Virus record (IMG/VR): IMGVR_UViG_3300009151_000034
Span: 85,098 to 149,097 of that record
Source: a virus
Reading direction: 5' to 3' (one strand)
Length of the DNA: 64,000 bases
Numbering within the stretch: position 1 is the stretch's first letter; each line of letters begins with the position of its first letter. The notes below the pieces were generated by a model, which had not been told where the DNA came from, searched no databases, and saw only the letters and a program-made list of their open reading frames with translations. The translations under genes and the position numbers were made by a program. Shown here piece by piece: positions 1-8,246 of the stretch.

Positions 1-49
1 ACTCTTCGCGTAGAATCAGATTTCCGAAAATAACTTGTTCAAAACTCAT
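1..49 (-). CDS. gp41: Replicative DNA helicase gp41, N-terminal fragment (runs off window)
   Basis: Manual translation MSFEQVIFGNLILREE, with AGGAG upstream. Position downstream of uvsX matches T4 synteny. Confidence 0.7.
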   Translation of the reverse strand, partial: MSFEQVIFGNLILREE

Positions 50-58
50 AAAAAACTC

Positions 59-274
59 CTATAAAAACTTATTTTCGACTTTAAATATTCCTGCACAATA
101 ATTCTCTGCCATATCATGTGCATAGTGCATGTTATGATCTTTACATTCTTGTAAATCTAACATGATATCATCTTTATAGAATTCTATAAAGATGGTCATG
201 CCAATAACAGAGATGGCAGATTTTAGTCTGCCATCCTTGCTATAATATACTTCATTATGACTCGGTAGACTCAT
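59..274 (-). CDS. Hypothetical protein between uvsX and gp41
   Basis: 71-aa ORF overlapping the uvsX stop, in the operon. Confidence 0.65.
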   Translation of the reverse strand: MSLPSHNEVYYSKDGRLKSAISVIGMTIFIEFYKDDIMLDLQECKDHNMHYAHDMAENYCAGIFKVENKFL

Positions 275-1298
275 TCTCCATCATCTCCCCTTGTGCCATA
301 GTATACTTGTTCTTAATCCATGATGCGAAGTCTGTTGTCTTAAGAACATCTTTCCAAAACTCGGAATTATTATCGATCTCAGATGCACGATAATTCTTGC
401 TGAGTTCACCAGTTTCCTTATCAACCTTGGCATACCATCCGTTCTTTGGCTTTACAATATAGCCTGCTTCAACTGCCAAGTCAAGTAGTCCTGACCATTT
501 ATTGATGCCACCGTCATAAGAAACCGTAATAGGAATTTTTGACTTTTCTTTGACGTAACGAGACTTTTCGACATTAATGATAAAGTGATAACCTTTGATT
601 TCTTTATCATCCTTATCTTGCTGGCGACCAAGAATCCAAATATTATCAGCACCATAATATGAACCAGTGCCACCACCTACAATATCTTTCGGATATAGAC
701 CGATTTCTTTGTAAGTATGATTAATCACAACCATAGGAATATCCTTAAGTGTTAACTTGGCTGTCACAATGCGGAAGAAAGACTTGAGAGCTTTTGCTCG
801 TGTCATATCAGCAACAGTCTTACCTTCGATTGCGTCTTCGGTTTCTTTCTTGGATGCAAGATTTCCAATCGAATCAATAACAATAAAAATTTTATCCTCT
901 CGACTTAGTTCTTTCAATTGAACCGAAAGATCATGCTTTAGTTCTTCCACATCGGTAACGGGTGAGTGAATGACCGAATCGTGCGGAATATTGAAAGTAT
1001 CAAAATATCCTTGAGGCGTTCCAAATTCTGAATCATAAAACAAAATAAGACCATCCTTATACTTACGAAGGAAAGCAGAAGCCAAAAGTAAAGCAAACCC
1101 GGTCTTAAAATGTTTTGATGGTCCTGCAAGCATTGTTACACCTGGGGTAATTCCACCATCAAGTGAACCAGAAAGTGCCACATTGATCATTGGAATTGGT
1201 GTAGGAATCATATCTTTTTTAGAATAAATTTTACTCTCACTAAGCATAGAAGTATGTTCGAGTGTAGAGTTCTTGATTAGCTTATCACGTAGAGACAT
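255..1298 (-). CDS. uvsX: RecA-like recombinase UvsX
   Basis: P-loop AGPSKHFKT, YDSEFG, IDSIGNLAS. Start MSLRDK with AAGGA SD. The frame stays open upstream to 1478 (see findings). Confidence 0.95.
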   Translation of the reverse strand: MSLRDKLIKNSTLEHTSMLSESKIYSKKDMIPTPIPMINVALSGSLDGGITPGVTMLAGPSKHFKTGFALLLASAFLRKYKDGLILFYDSEFGTPQGYFDTFNIPHDSVIHSPVTDVEELKHDLSVQLKELSREDKIFIVIDSIGNLASKKETEDAIEGKTVADMTRAKALKSFFRIVTAKLTLKDIPMVVINHTYKEIGLYPKDIVGGGTGSYYGADNIWILGRQQDKDDKEIKGYHFIINVEKSRYVKEKSKIPITVSYDGGINKWSGLLDLAVEAGYIVKPKNGWYAKVDKETGELSKNYRASEIDNNSEFWKDVLKTTDFASWIKNKYTMAQGEMMENESTES

Positions 1299-1477
1299 TT
1301 TATTTTCCTTTTGTATGCTTATATTTCGTTTTGAAAGTATTTTACGGGCTTCTCTGAATGCTTCTTTAACTGCATCATATCCCTTTTCATGACCACTTGA
1401 TCTATACCACTCACAATCTGGCGGGCATTCTTTTTCTAGTCCACATCCACAGCCGCCACCATGATCATATTTTGCCA

Positions 1478-2585
1478 TTACATATAGTCCTCCAATGTAA
1501 GTTGTCTTTCTGCTTGCCAACCAATAACATCAAGAATTGAAGTAATTGGATCAAGGAAAGTCTTCTGGAACTGCATATCATAATCCACATACTTCTGCAA
1601 GTCAAATTCATCTGGTAGACTTTCAGGGACCGAAATAACCGTATCCTCAATGATATTAGGCATTCTGAGATAAGCAAACTTAATCTTATCATTTTCACCA
1701 ATCAACGGATATTTGTTGCTCAGTTCTTCGTTATTTTTAATAAGATTGTTATATAACAGAGCGCCCTTCACATGGATTGGAGTCCCTTTGATGTATACTT
1801 CTCCGTCTACTTTGGAGGCATACTTATCAAGTCCCTTCACCCCACGAGGAAAAGCAATATCCTCGAAAGGAAGATTTCTGAAATTATCTTTGAATTCAGC
1901 AATAAATGCTTGGGTAGTTTTTTCATCCTTATTCATAATAATTTCGAGTGCCTTCTTGATATTGACACGGGAAGCCTTTGGAGTTGAAGAACGAACCGAT
2001 TCGATACCAGAAACTTTTACTTGTGGTTCAGAAAACTGCACGCCTTCAATATTCCAGGCATTCAAAATATACATCTTCTTTCCTCGCCAAATACCTTTAC
2101 TGGCAATCGTTTCGCGTTTCATAAACATCTTTTGCTTATATGCATTCATGTAAGACGCAAGTTCTTCATATGACTTGTTAATCATAGGTTGAATTTTTTG
2201 TTCACAGAATTCATCAAGCATCTTGACAATTTGTAGTTCGTCAGTGATGCCAACCTTGTTCACTAGACCTTCCATATCAACATAGATCGAGTCCGTATCA
2301 GATGCAATAAGGTAATCGAAATTTTTGGTCTTGAGAATTCGGTTAAGATATTCATTCATTTTATTTCCGATCCAACGAACGGAAAGTTGTCCTGACATTG
2401 TAATGGCTTCAGCAAGATTGAAGTCAAACCAGCGGAACCAGACGTTACCAAGAGCACCATATGCTGAGTTAAAGTTGCACCTTTTTGGCTAGTTGCAAAT
2501 TATGATACTTTGAAACATCCCTTTCTACCTTTTTCTTGAGTTCAATCAATTCGCTGTCACTTAATTTGCTGTAATCGTCTAACAA
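1478..2585 (-). CDS. gp43B: DNA polymerase B, C-terminal subunit (gp43B), with a +1 frameshift at ~2471
   Basis: TTG start after GGAG. MLDDYSK..QLAKKVQL then +1 frame NSAYGALGN (motif B), SDTDS (motif C), KKMY, GIESVRSSTP, PCNA-clamp-binding-type C-terminus QLTLEDYM. Confidence 0.9.
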
Positions 2586-2647
2586 AACTTATTCTCCAAA
2601 TAACAAAGGTTTGATGTTTTCATCTATAAATAAAATTCCATATTTTT

Positions 2648-4126
2648 TTAGCTTTTAGAAATACCTCTTTTGTTTAGTTCATCATCAATCTTTTGAAGTT
2701 TTTTCTTGGCCTCTGTCATCTTCTCCTTATATTCTACACGGTCGTTATACATCTTTTCCATAAGAGCAGGCAAGAACCCTTGCTTATCCTTACGATACAT
2801 TGTGCCGTTGGCAGCATAAGCATATTCGTCTTGAAGATTACCAAGACTACCTTCTAGCAATTCATCAAGACTAGGCCAACCATCTTCGGCTTTCTCAATA
2901 AATGTTTCGGGTGAAATATTATATTGCATAATCAAATGTGGGTATAGGCTGTTCAAGTCAAACGAGACAACCCACTTGCTAAGGCCCAACCTGGGCTCCT
3001 TGACATAACCACCAATAAGTTCTTGGTCGAAAGTATTGATCTTCATTCTTGGAACAACAATGCATCGATCCATCAGGTAATTGTGAATGATAATATCCCA
3101 AGGTCGAACCGTAGTAAAAGTGTCAGCATAGTTTACCTTGGCGTCATATGCGAAGGCGATGACCTGTTCGATAAACTTTAACTTTTCTTCAAGTAGATCA
3201 ATGAGCGTAACGTCATGCACGTTGTAGTCAATGAACATTTCGAAGTTGCGCTGATACATATCATCAAGTGAAACATATCCTTCGGTTTTGTAATCAAGCT
3301 TTTTCTGACCTAAGACCTTCTCGGCAATATGATCTAGCTTATAGCTTTCTTCGTTACCAAAAGAAAACTTCTTATATAATGCATAATAATCAAGCACATT
3401 GATACCGGCAGGAACATACACAGTCATTTCCTTGCCGTGGATTTCAATTTTACGCTCGTTCAAAAATCCCCAAGGCGAAAGAAGATTTGCTTCTTTGTTA
3501 CCAAGTATACGTTTGATACGATTTACTATATACGGAATATCAAAAAATTCTATGTTCCAACCAGTGATAATATCAGGAAGAAATCGACCTGACTGCCATA
3601 CACGGAGAAATTTGGTTAATAAATCATGTTCGTCTTTGCAATGAAGATATGTTACTTTATCTGACTTAGACTTGTATGGTTTAAGACCCAATACTACCTT
3701 TTCACCACGACGACTAACCGTGATTGCCGTGATTTCTTTATCTGCCGTTTCGATATTAGGAAACCCACCAGAGGAATCTGTTTCGATATCGATGCTGATA
3801 ATATTGATCTTACCAACATCATAATGAATATCACCATGAAAATTATCATAGATATAAAGATACGCAAAGTTTTCAAGACCATAGATAGGCTTGCCTGAAA
3901 CATTATCAAAAATCTTAAGATGATCTTTGGCTTCTTTAATAGTATTGAATGGCATCTTGATCAGCGGAGTTCCATCCAAAAGACGAAATTCTGTCTGAGC
4001 ATTCTTTGGTGCTAATTCGAAAAGATAGGGAGAATATGGGATTTTTTCAGCTACACGTTCGCCATTCTTATAACCACGAACATAAACCTTGTCACCTCTA
4101 GCAAAAACATTAGTATAAAAATCCAC
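2648..4126 (-). CDS. gp43A: DNA polymerase B, N-terminal subunit (gp43A: exonuclease and motif A)
   Basis: DIET exo I, GWNIEFFD exo II, YNVHD exo III, SFDLNSLYP motif A. Ends in the fingers region. Confidence 0.93.
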   Translation of the reverse strand: MDFYTNVFARGDKVYVRGYKNGERVAEKIPYSPYLFELAPKNAQTEFRLLDGTPLIKMPFNTIKEAKDHLKIFDNVSGKPIYGLENFAYLYIYDNFHGDIHYDVGKINIISIDIETDSSGGFPNIETADKEITAITVSRRGEKVVLGLKPYKSKSDKVTYLHCKDEHDLLTKFLRVWQSGRFLPDIITGWNIEFFDIPYIVNRIKRILGNKEANLLSPWGFLNERKIEIHGKEMTVYVPAGINVLDYYALYKKFSFGNEESYKLDHIAEKVLGQKKLDYKTEGYVSLDDMYQRNFEMFIDYNVHDVTLIDLLEEKLKFIEQVIAFAYDAKVNYADTFTTVRPWDIIIHNYLMDRCIVVPRMKINTFDQELIGGYVKEPRLGLSKWVVSFDLNSLYPHLIMQYNISPETFIEKAEDGWPSLDELLEGSLGNLQDEYAYAANGTMYRKDKQGFLPALMEKMYNDRVEYKEKMTEAKKKLQKIDDELNKRGISKS

Positions 4127-4156
4127 ATTATTCTCCTATCTCATTCAATGTTCAGC

Positions 4157-4186
4157 AGTATACTATGAGACGGCTGTGGATGTCAA
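4157..4186 (-). promoter_or_regulatory. Sigma70-like promoter upstream of gp43A
   Basis: TTGACA-N18-TATACT on the minus strand. Confidence 0.6.
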
Positions 4187-4797
4187 GAGAAAAGTTCTAG
4201 TGCTTCCTTGTAGATTTCTTCACGTTCTTGAAGTCCGATTGTTCCACCATTAATACGTTTTGTTGCGCCCAAACAATCTTGACGATCAGCAAACCCATTC
4301 AGACCATGTTTGTTCCAAAACCAGCCAGCAGACATACATGCACCTTCTGGTGTTTGCATATAGTCAACAGCCTCATCAATGCTCATTCCATTATCTGTTG
4401 CAAATCCGTGATAATTATCATGTCCTGTGATTTGAATAAATCCACGGCCCCGAAACTTATAGCCATCACCAGATGCTTCGCTACCATTTCCCATACGATT
4501 GCTATAGACGCGGTTAGCAATTTTTTCTGGTTGATGTGCATATTCTGAAGTATTTACGTTATGAAAATACTTTGGAAAAACTACTGCTAGACGTTCTCCA
4601 CGATAATTCAAACTTTCTTCGGTAATTGTAAGACCACCAGATTCATGACCAACTTGAGCCAAGAACATAGCAATACGTTCTGGGGTATTGATTTCATATT
4701 TTTCAAGCGTTTCATTAAGTGCATCAATATATTTTTTTAGAACAACCGCTTTTGTTGATTCAAAAAGTGATTGAAGTTGATTGAGTGTTACTACCAT
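4183..4797 (-). CDS. Endolysin, glycoside hydrolase family 19
   Basis: FLAQVGHESGG, YKFRGRGFIQITG, TKRINGG motifs. Confidence 0.9.
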   Translation of the reverse strand: MVVTLNQLQSLFESTKAVVLKKYIDALNETLEKYEINTPERIAMFLAQVGHESGGLTITEESLNYRGERLAVVFPKYFHNVNTSEYAHQPEKIANRVYSNRMGNGSEASGDGYKFRGRGFIQITGHDNYHGFATDNGMSIDEAVDYMQTPEGACMSAGWFWNKHGLNGFADRQDCLGATKRINGGTIGLQEREEIYKEALELFS

Positions 4798-4810
4798 GTT
4801 TATTCTCCAT

Positions 4811-4843
4811 AAAAAAAGGGAGCCATAAAAAGCTCCCCTTTAT
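4811..4843 (-). terminator. Rho-independent terminator after hsp20-DUF1127
   Basis: GGGAGC/GCTCCC stem followed by a T-run on the minus strand. Confidence 0.7.
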
Positions 4844-5008
4844 TTATCTATCGTAATAGCCTTTTCCGATTGCATGGATATCATATTTGGTGATGCCCAT
4901 GTCTTTTAGTTCGCGCTCATCTAAGTTTGATAAACTAATTAACATACTTTGATGCTTGAAATGGTTTTTCACCCAACTAGTGAATTGGGCGATTGCGTTT
5001 TTAAACAT
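4844..5008 (-). CDS. DUF1127 small protein
   Basis: LSNLDERELKDMGITKYDI signature. Start MFKNAI with AGGAG SD. Confidence 0.8.
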   Translation of the reverse strand: MFKNAIAQFTSWVKNHFKHQSMLISLSNLDERELKDMGITKYDIHAIGKGYYDR

Positions 5009-5015
5009 TTTTTTA

Positions 5016-5513
5016 TTACTCCTGAAGGAATTTTTTGTTTTTACCAGCCTTAGAATCTTCACTAGCATCATTGATATTAATTTTCTTTGGCTTCTTTGAT
5101 TCGGGGATGATGTGTTCTAGCCAGACCTTAAGCATACCGTTAAGTAATTCGGCATTCTGAATTTCTACATTGTCGGCTAGGGTGAATTTGCGGGTAAAAG
5201 CACGATCTGCAATGCCTTTATATACATAAGCCGTGCTGTCTTCTGCTGCTGTATTTACAGCTAGATTTCCTTTGATTAGTAAAGTATTTTCCTCAAGAGT
5301 AAGTTCAATGTCTTGCTTTGAAAAACCAGCAACTGCCATTTCGATAACATATTTGTTATCTTCAACTTTTTTGATATTATATGGGGGGAATGTGCCAGTC
5401 ATTGCGGTATTTGCAAGTTCGGCTAATCTTTTTGCCATATGATCGGCTCCTACGAAGTAACGATCAATATTGGACGTATTAATATTATAAATTTTCCAAA
5501 AGTCTGTTGTCAT
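5016..5513 (-). CDS. hsp20: Small heat-shock protein Hsp20 (IbpA-like)
   Basis: FPPYNI, MAVAGF, KGIADRAFTRKF, NGML motifs. Confidence 0.95.
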   Translation of the reverse strand: MTTDFWKIYNINTSNIDRYFVGADHMAKRLAELANTAMTGTFPPYNIKKVEDNKYVIEMAVAGFSKQDIELTLEENTLLIKGNLAVNTAAEDSTAYVYKGIADRAFTRKFTLADNVEIQNAELLNGMLKVWLEHIIPESKKPKKININDASEDSKAGKNKKFLQE

Positions 5514-5610
5514 TTAAGACCTCCTATTAAGCGAGGGTTGTTGTAGTATTCCATGTGACCTCGAAAGCATCACATAAACTTATTTAGTGCTGGGAAACGA
5601 ATTTTCAAGC
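5514..5610 (-). promoter_or_regulatory. ROSE-like RNA thermometer and RpoH-like promoter of hsp20
   Basis: CCUC-G-CU-UAAU-AG-GAGG hairpin with a bulged G opposite the SD (5520-5536). Upstream hairpin ATGTGA/TCACAT. CTTGAA -35 element. Confidence 0.7.
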
Positions 5611-5612
5611 CT

Positions 5613-5816
5613 TCAGTGATAATTATTTTCCATTTTTTCTTTGGTAGTTATATAAAGCTCACTTGTGTCTTCGTCGTATATAAATACGGGAGTGAGATTT
5701 GCCATTTTGAATTCTATTGATGCATGTAATAATGTATTAAATGCATTATCCAAATCTTCGCTATCTAAATCTGTGGCAGAATTTTTTATAACATGTTCAG
5801 GAATTTCATATAGCAT
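5613..5816 (-). CDS. Hypothetical protein
   Basis: ORF trimmed to MLYEIP to avoid overlap with the divergent spanin gene. Confidence 0.6.
   Translation of the reverse strand: MLYEIPEHVIKNSATDLDSEDLDNAFNTLLHASIEFKMANLTPVFIYDEDTSELYITTKEKMENNYH
5679..5686 (+). promoter_or_regulatory. T4-type late promoter upstream of the spanins
   Basis: TATAAATA. Confidence 0.55.
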
Positions 5817-5841
5817 ATTGTTATAACCCCAGGAGTATCTT

Positions 5842-6195
5842 ATGAATCGAATAGCGATATATTTATTTATTGGAATGTTTGTGTTCGGAACTATTGGCAC
5901 CGCATATTACCAATGGAAAAAAAACATTGAGCACGAAGCCTTGTTAGAATTTAATCAAAAGCAAATGGAAAAGAATATAAAAGACCAACAAGAGTTTTCC
6001 AAAAAGCAACAAGAAATTGCCCAGCAGCAACAAGAAGCTTCAGCAATGCTTATCCAACAAAATGCCCAGCTAACATCAAAAATTAAATCGATTGACGGGT
6101 ATTTAAGTTCTGATGCAGCCAAGAAAGGCGATAGACCAAGCTCAGATGTTATCAAAAAAACTATCGATATGATCCAACAAGGAAACGTAAAATGA
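5842..6195 (+). CDS. i-spanin (Rz-like)
   Basis: N-terminal TM helix plus Q-rich coiled coil, overlapping a lipoprotein gene. Confidence 0.75.
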   Translation: MNRIAIYLFIGMFVFGTIGTAYYQWKKNIEHEALLEFNQKQMEKNIKDQQEFSKKQQEIAQQQQEASAMLIQQNAQLTSKIKSIDGYLSSDAAKKGDRPSSDVIKKTIDMIQQGNVK

Positions 6196-6485
6196 AATAT
6201 TTGTTATTAACCGGATTGTGTGCTCTGGTTGCATGTTCTGACCCTACACCAGAAATCATAACAAGCACAAAACATCTTGTTGTCATGCCAGATTCATCAA
6301 TGTTTGAGTGTCCGTTGATTTCTACTTTTCCTAATACTAAAACTCTTACAGACATTCAGGTTGCTAGTCTAGTTAAAGAATTATATCGAAATAACAAACA
6401 ATGTTACACTAATATTAATGCTGTTAAAGAATTCTTAGAACATGCCAAGAAAACCGCTGATACTAAGGAAGAAATAACTAAGTAA
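6192..6485 (+). CDS. o-spanin lipoprotein (Rz1-like)
   Basis: Lipobox LVAC, Pro/Cys pattern (ECP..QC), ATGA overlap with the i-spanin. Confidence 0.75.
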   Translation: MKYLLLTGLCALVACSDPTPEIITSTKHLVVMPDSSMFECPLISTFPNTKTLTDIQVASLVKELYRNNKQCYTNINAVKEFLEHAKKTADTKEEITK

Positions 6486-6490
6486 TAATA

Positions 6491-6565
6491 GCACGGAACC
6501 CGTTTTCGCACTTTCCGGGGTTTGCTGATATTGAAGGAGAAGTGGTTGGCAGATATCAGACGTGC
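6491..6565 (-). ncRNA. Candidate three-way-junction small RNA downstream of tRNA-Cys
   Basis: Stems GCACG/CGTGC, CTGATAT/ATATCAG and AACCC(C)G/CGGGTT. CU-rich loop. No ORF. Confidence 0.5.
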
Positions 6566-6574
6566 TTTATAAAA

Positions 6575-6645
6575 AGTTCCGTGCCGGAATCGAACCAGCC
6601 TAGAAGGATTTGCAGTCCTTCACATAACCAATCTGCCAACGGAAC
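6575..6645 (-). tRNA. tRNA-Cys(GCA)
   Basis: Cloverleaf with AAGGA-CTGCAAA-TCCTT and TTCGATT. CCA not encoded. Confidence 0.93.
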
Positions 6646-6650
6646 ATATT

Positions 6651-6725
6651 TGGTAGGGACGGATGGATTTGAACCACCGGCATCAAGTGTCAGAGACTTG
6701 CGTTCTACCGCTGAACTACATCCCT
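6651..6725 (-). tRNA. tRNA-Gln(CTG)
   Basis: CAAGT-CTCTGAC-ACTTG, TTCAAAT, CCA end. Confidence 0.88.
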
Positions 6726-6738
6726 ATATTATAATATT

Positions 6739-6812
6739 TGGTAGCGATTGAAGGAATCGAACCCACATTAGCGGAGTCAAAGGCCGCCGTCCTACCGTTG
6801 AACGAAATCGCC
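6739..6812 (-). tRNA. tRNA-Gln(TTG)
   Basis: GCGG-CCTTTGACT-CCGC, TTCGATT, CCA end. Confidence 0.88.
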
Positions 6813-6822
6813 ATTAATTTTT

Positions 6823-7026
6823 TTATGCGTAAAAGTCTGTTTTAATACTAGGGGCAACAGAAACTACTAGCTGCCCATCATCATTAAAAACTTTAGCATG
6901 ACCATCATTTGTTTCTGCTTCTTTTAAGGCTTCTTCAAATGTTCCGAATCGTTTTTCTTCTACATCTAAGCCACCACCAAACCAACGGTGTGTGATAACT
7001 CTATATATTTTTTGAAATAAATTCAA
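6823..7026 (-). CDS. Hypothetical protein
   Basis: 67-aa ORF, TTG start after AGGA. Confidence 0.6.
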   Translation of the reverse strand: MNLFQKIYRVITHRWFGGGLDVEEKRFGTFEEALKEAETNDGHAKVFNDDGQLVVSVAPSIKTDFYA

Positions 7027-7027
7027 T

Positions 7028-8083
7028 TTACGATTCCTTACAATATTTAAGCCAAATCTTTCCGGTTTTGTTCGTGTATCGTGTTAAAGAAAATTGATTC
7101 GCCAAAACATTCAACTGAGGATATTTATAAGAATATTCAAGTTTCTTTACGATATCCTTAGTGCTAGTTGGAACAGCAGTTGTTCCCCAGGCTGCCCAAG
7201 GTAATTCGTTAGATGAAACAACAGGAACCCCTTGGCTAATCATATCTGCCGAAACGATATTAAAAGTTTCGCTAAAACTAACTTGCAGGCCCATATCCAT
7301 TTGACCACAACATTTAAGAAACTCTTCATGAGGCAACCACCCATAATCAAACATTCTATGTCCTCGATTGTATAGATGTTGGAATAATCCACGAAGATTA
7401 TGTAATATAGGTTCACCTTTCATTTCAATTCGGCCTGTATTGACATAAAAATGTAGTTTCTTATCAATATTTTCTGCGAATTGAATAGCTGCATGAGCCT
7501 GAATCAAATGATTTTTTAAAGGTCTTACTGCACCAAAACATCCAATGTCAATATATTCTTTATCTCGATTGAATGATTTACTTTTAAAATATTGTGGATA
7601 ATAATTCGGAAGATAAATTACCCGCTCAGAAGTTTTTGCATCTGTCCAGTAATTCTTTCGTTTCAAAAAAGAAGCAATTTCTTCATAGAACCTTGGAGAA
7701 TTACATGCAATAACAATATTTTTGAAACCAGAATAATCTCCAATCCAATCCATTGCCATACCTTCACCCGCCATAAAAGGCATTTCGCTATGGAGTCGAA
7801 TAATCCATGTGACTTTAGGATGAAGTTTTTCTAGGACTGCAAATTTTGAAGGAACTACCCACAAAGCTTCAATAATAACATGAGTGGGGTTAAATTTTGT
7901 GACTTCTCTATCGATATCGTTATTATCAACCACCACAACCAATTTACTTAATACGCCATTTTCTATAAGGTTTCTGTGGACGAATGACGCAGAATTATAA
8001 AGACCCGTGCTGAGACCAATATGAGAGTGGACAACAGCATTATAGTCTTCGCGGCGTTTTAAAATAAACAAGACTTTTTTCAT
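7028..8083 (-). CDS. Putative GT-B (GT4-like) glycosyltransferase
   Basis: FGAVRPLKNH, SFSETFNIVSADMISQGVPVV. Confidence 0.7.
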   Translation of the reverse strand: MKKVLFILKRREDYNAVVHSHIGLSTGLYNSASFVHRNLIENGVLSKLVVVVDNNDIDREVTKFNPTHVIIEALWVVPSKFAVLEKLHPKVTWIIRLHSEMPFMAGEGMAMDWIGDYSGFKNIVIACNSPRFYEEIASFLKRKNYWTDAKTSERVIYLPNYYPQYFKSKSFNRDKEYIDIGCFGAVRPLKNHLIQAHAAIQFAENIDKKLHFYVNTGRIEMKGEPILHNLRGLFQHLYNRGHRMFDYGWLPHEEFLKCCGQMDMGLQVSFSETFNIVSADMISQGVPVVSSNELPWAAWGTTAVPTSTKDIVKKLEYSYKYPQLNVLANQFSLTRYTNKTGKIWLKYCKES

Positions 8084-8200
8084 AATATACTCATGAGATG
8101 ATAGGATGTGAACAGAGGAACATTCTTATTTATCATCAAGTATATTGAATTAGTGTGACAACAGAATTAAATTTAATTATCTTTACAGACAAAGAATTTT

Positions 8201-8208
8201 TATAAATA
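8201..8208 (+). promoter_or_regulatory. T4-type late promoter of the transporter/holin operon
   Basis: TATAAATA 38 nt before the ATG at 8247. Confidence 0.7.
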
Positions 8209-8246
8209 TACCACTTATAGAAATATCACTAAAAGGTGCCAGCGAG

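Noticed and set aside
2586-2647. Intron or intein in gp43
   Set aside because: The spacer is only 62 nt with no group I/II core, and gp43B has its own SD and start.
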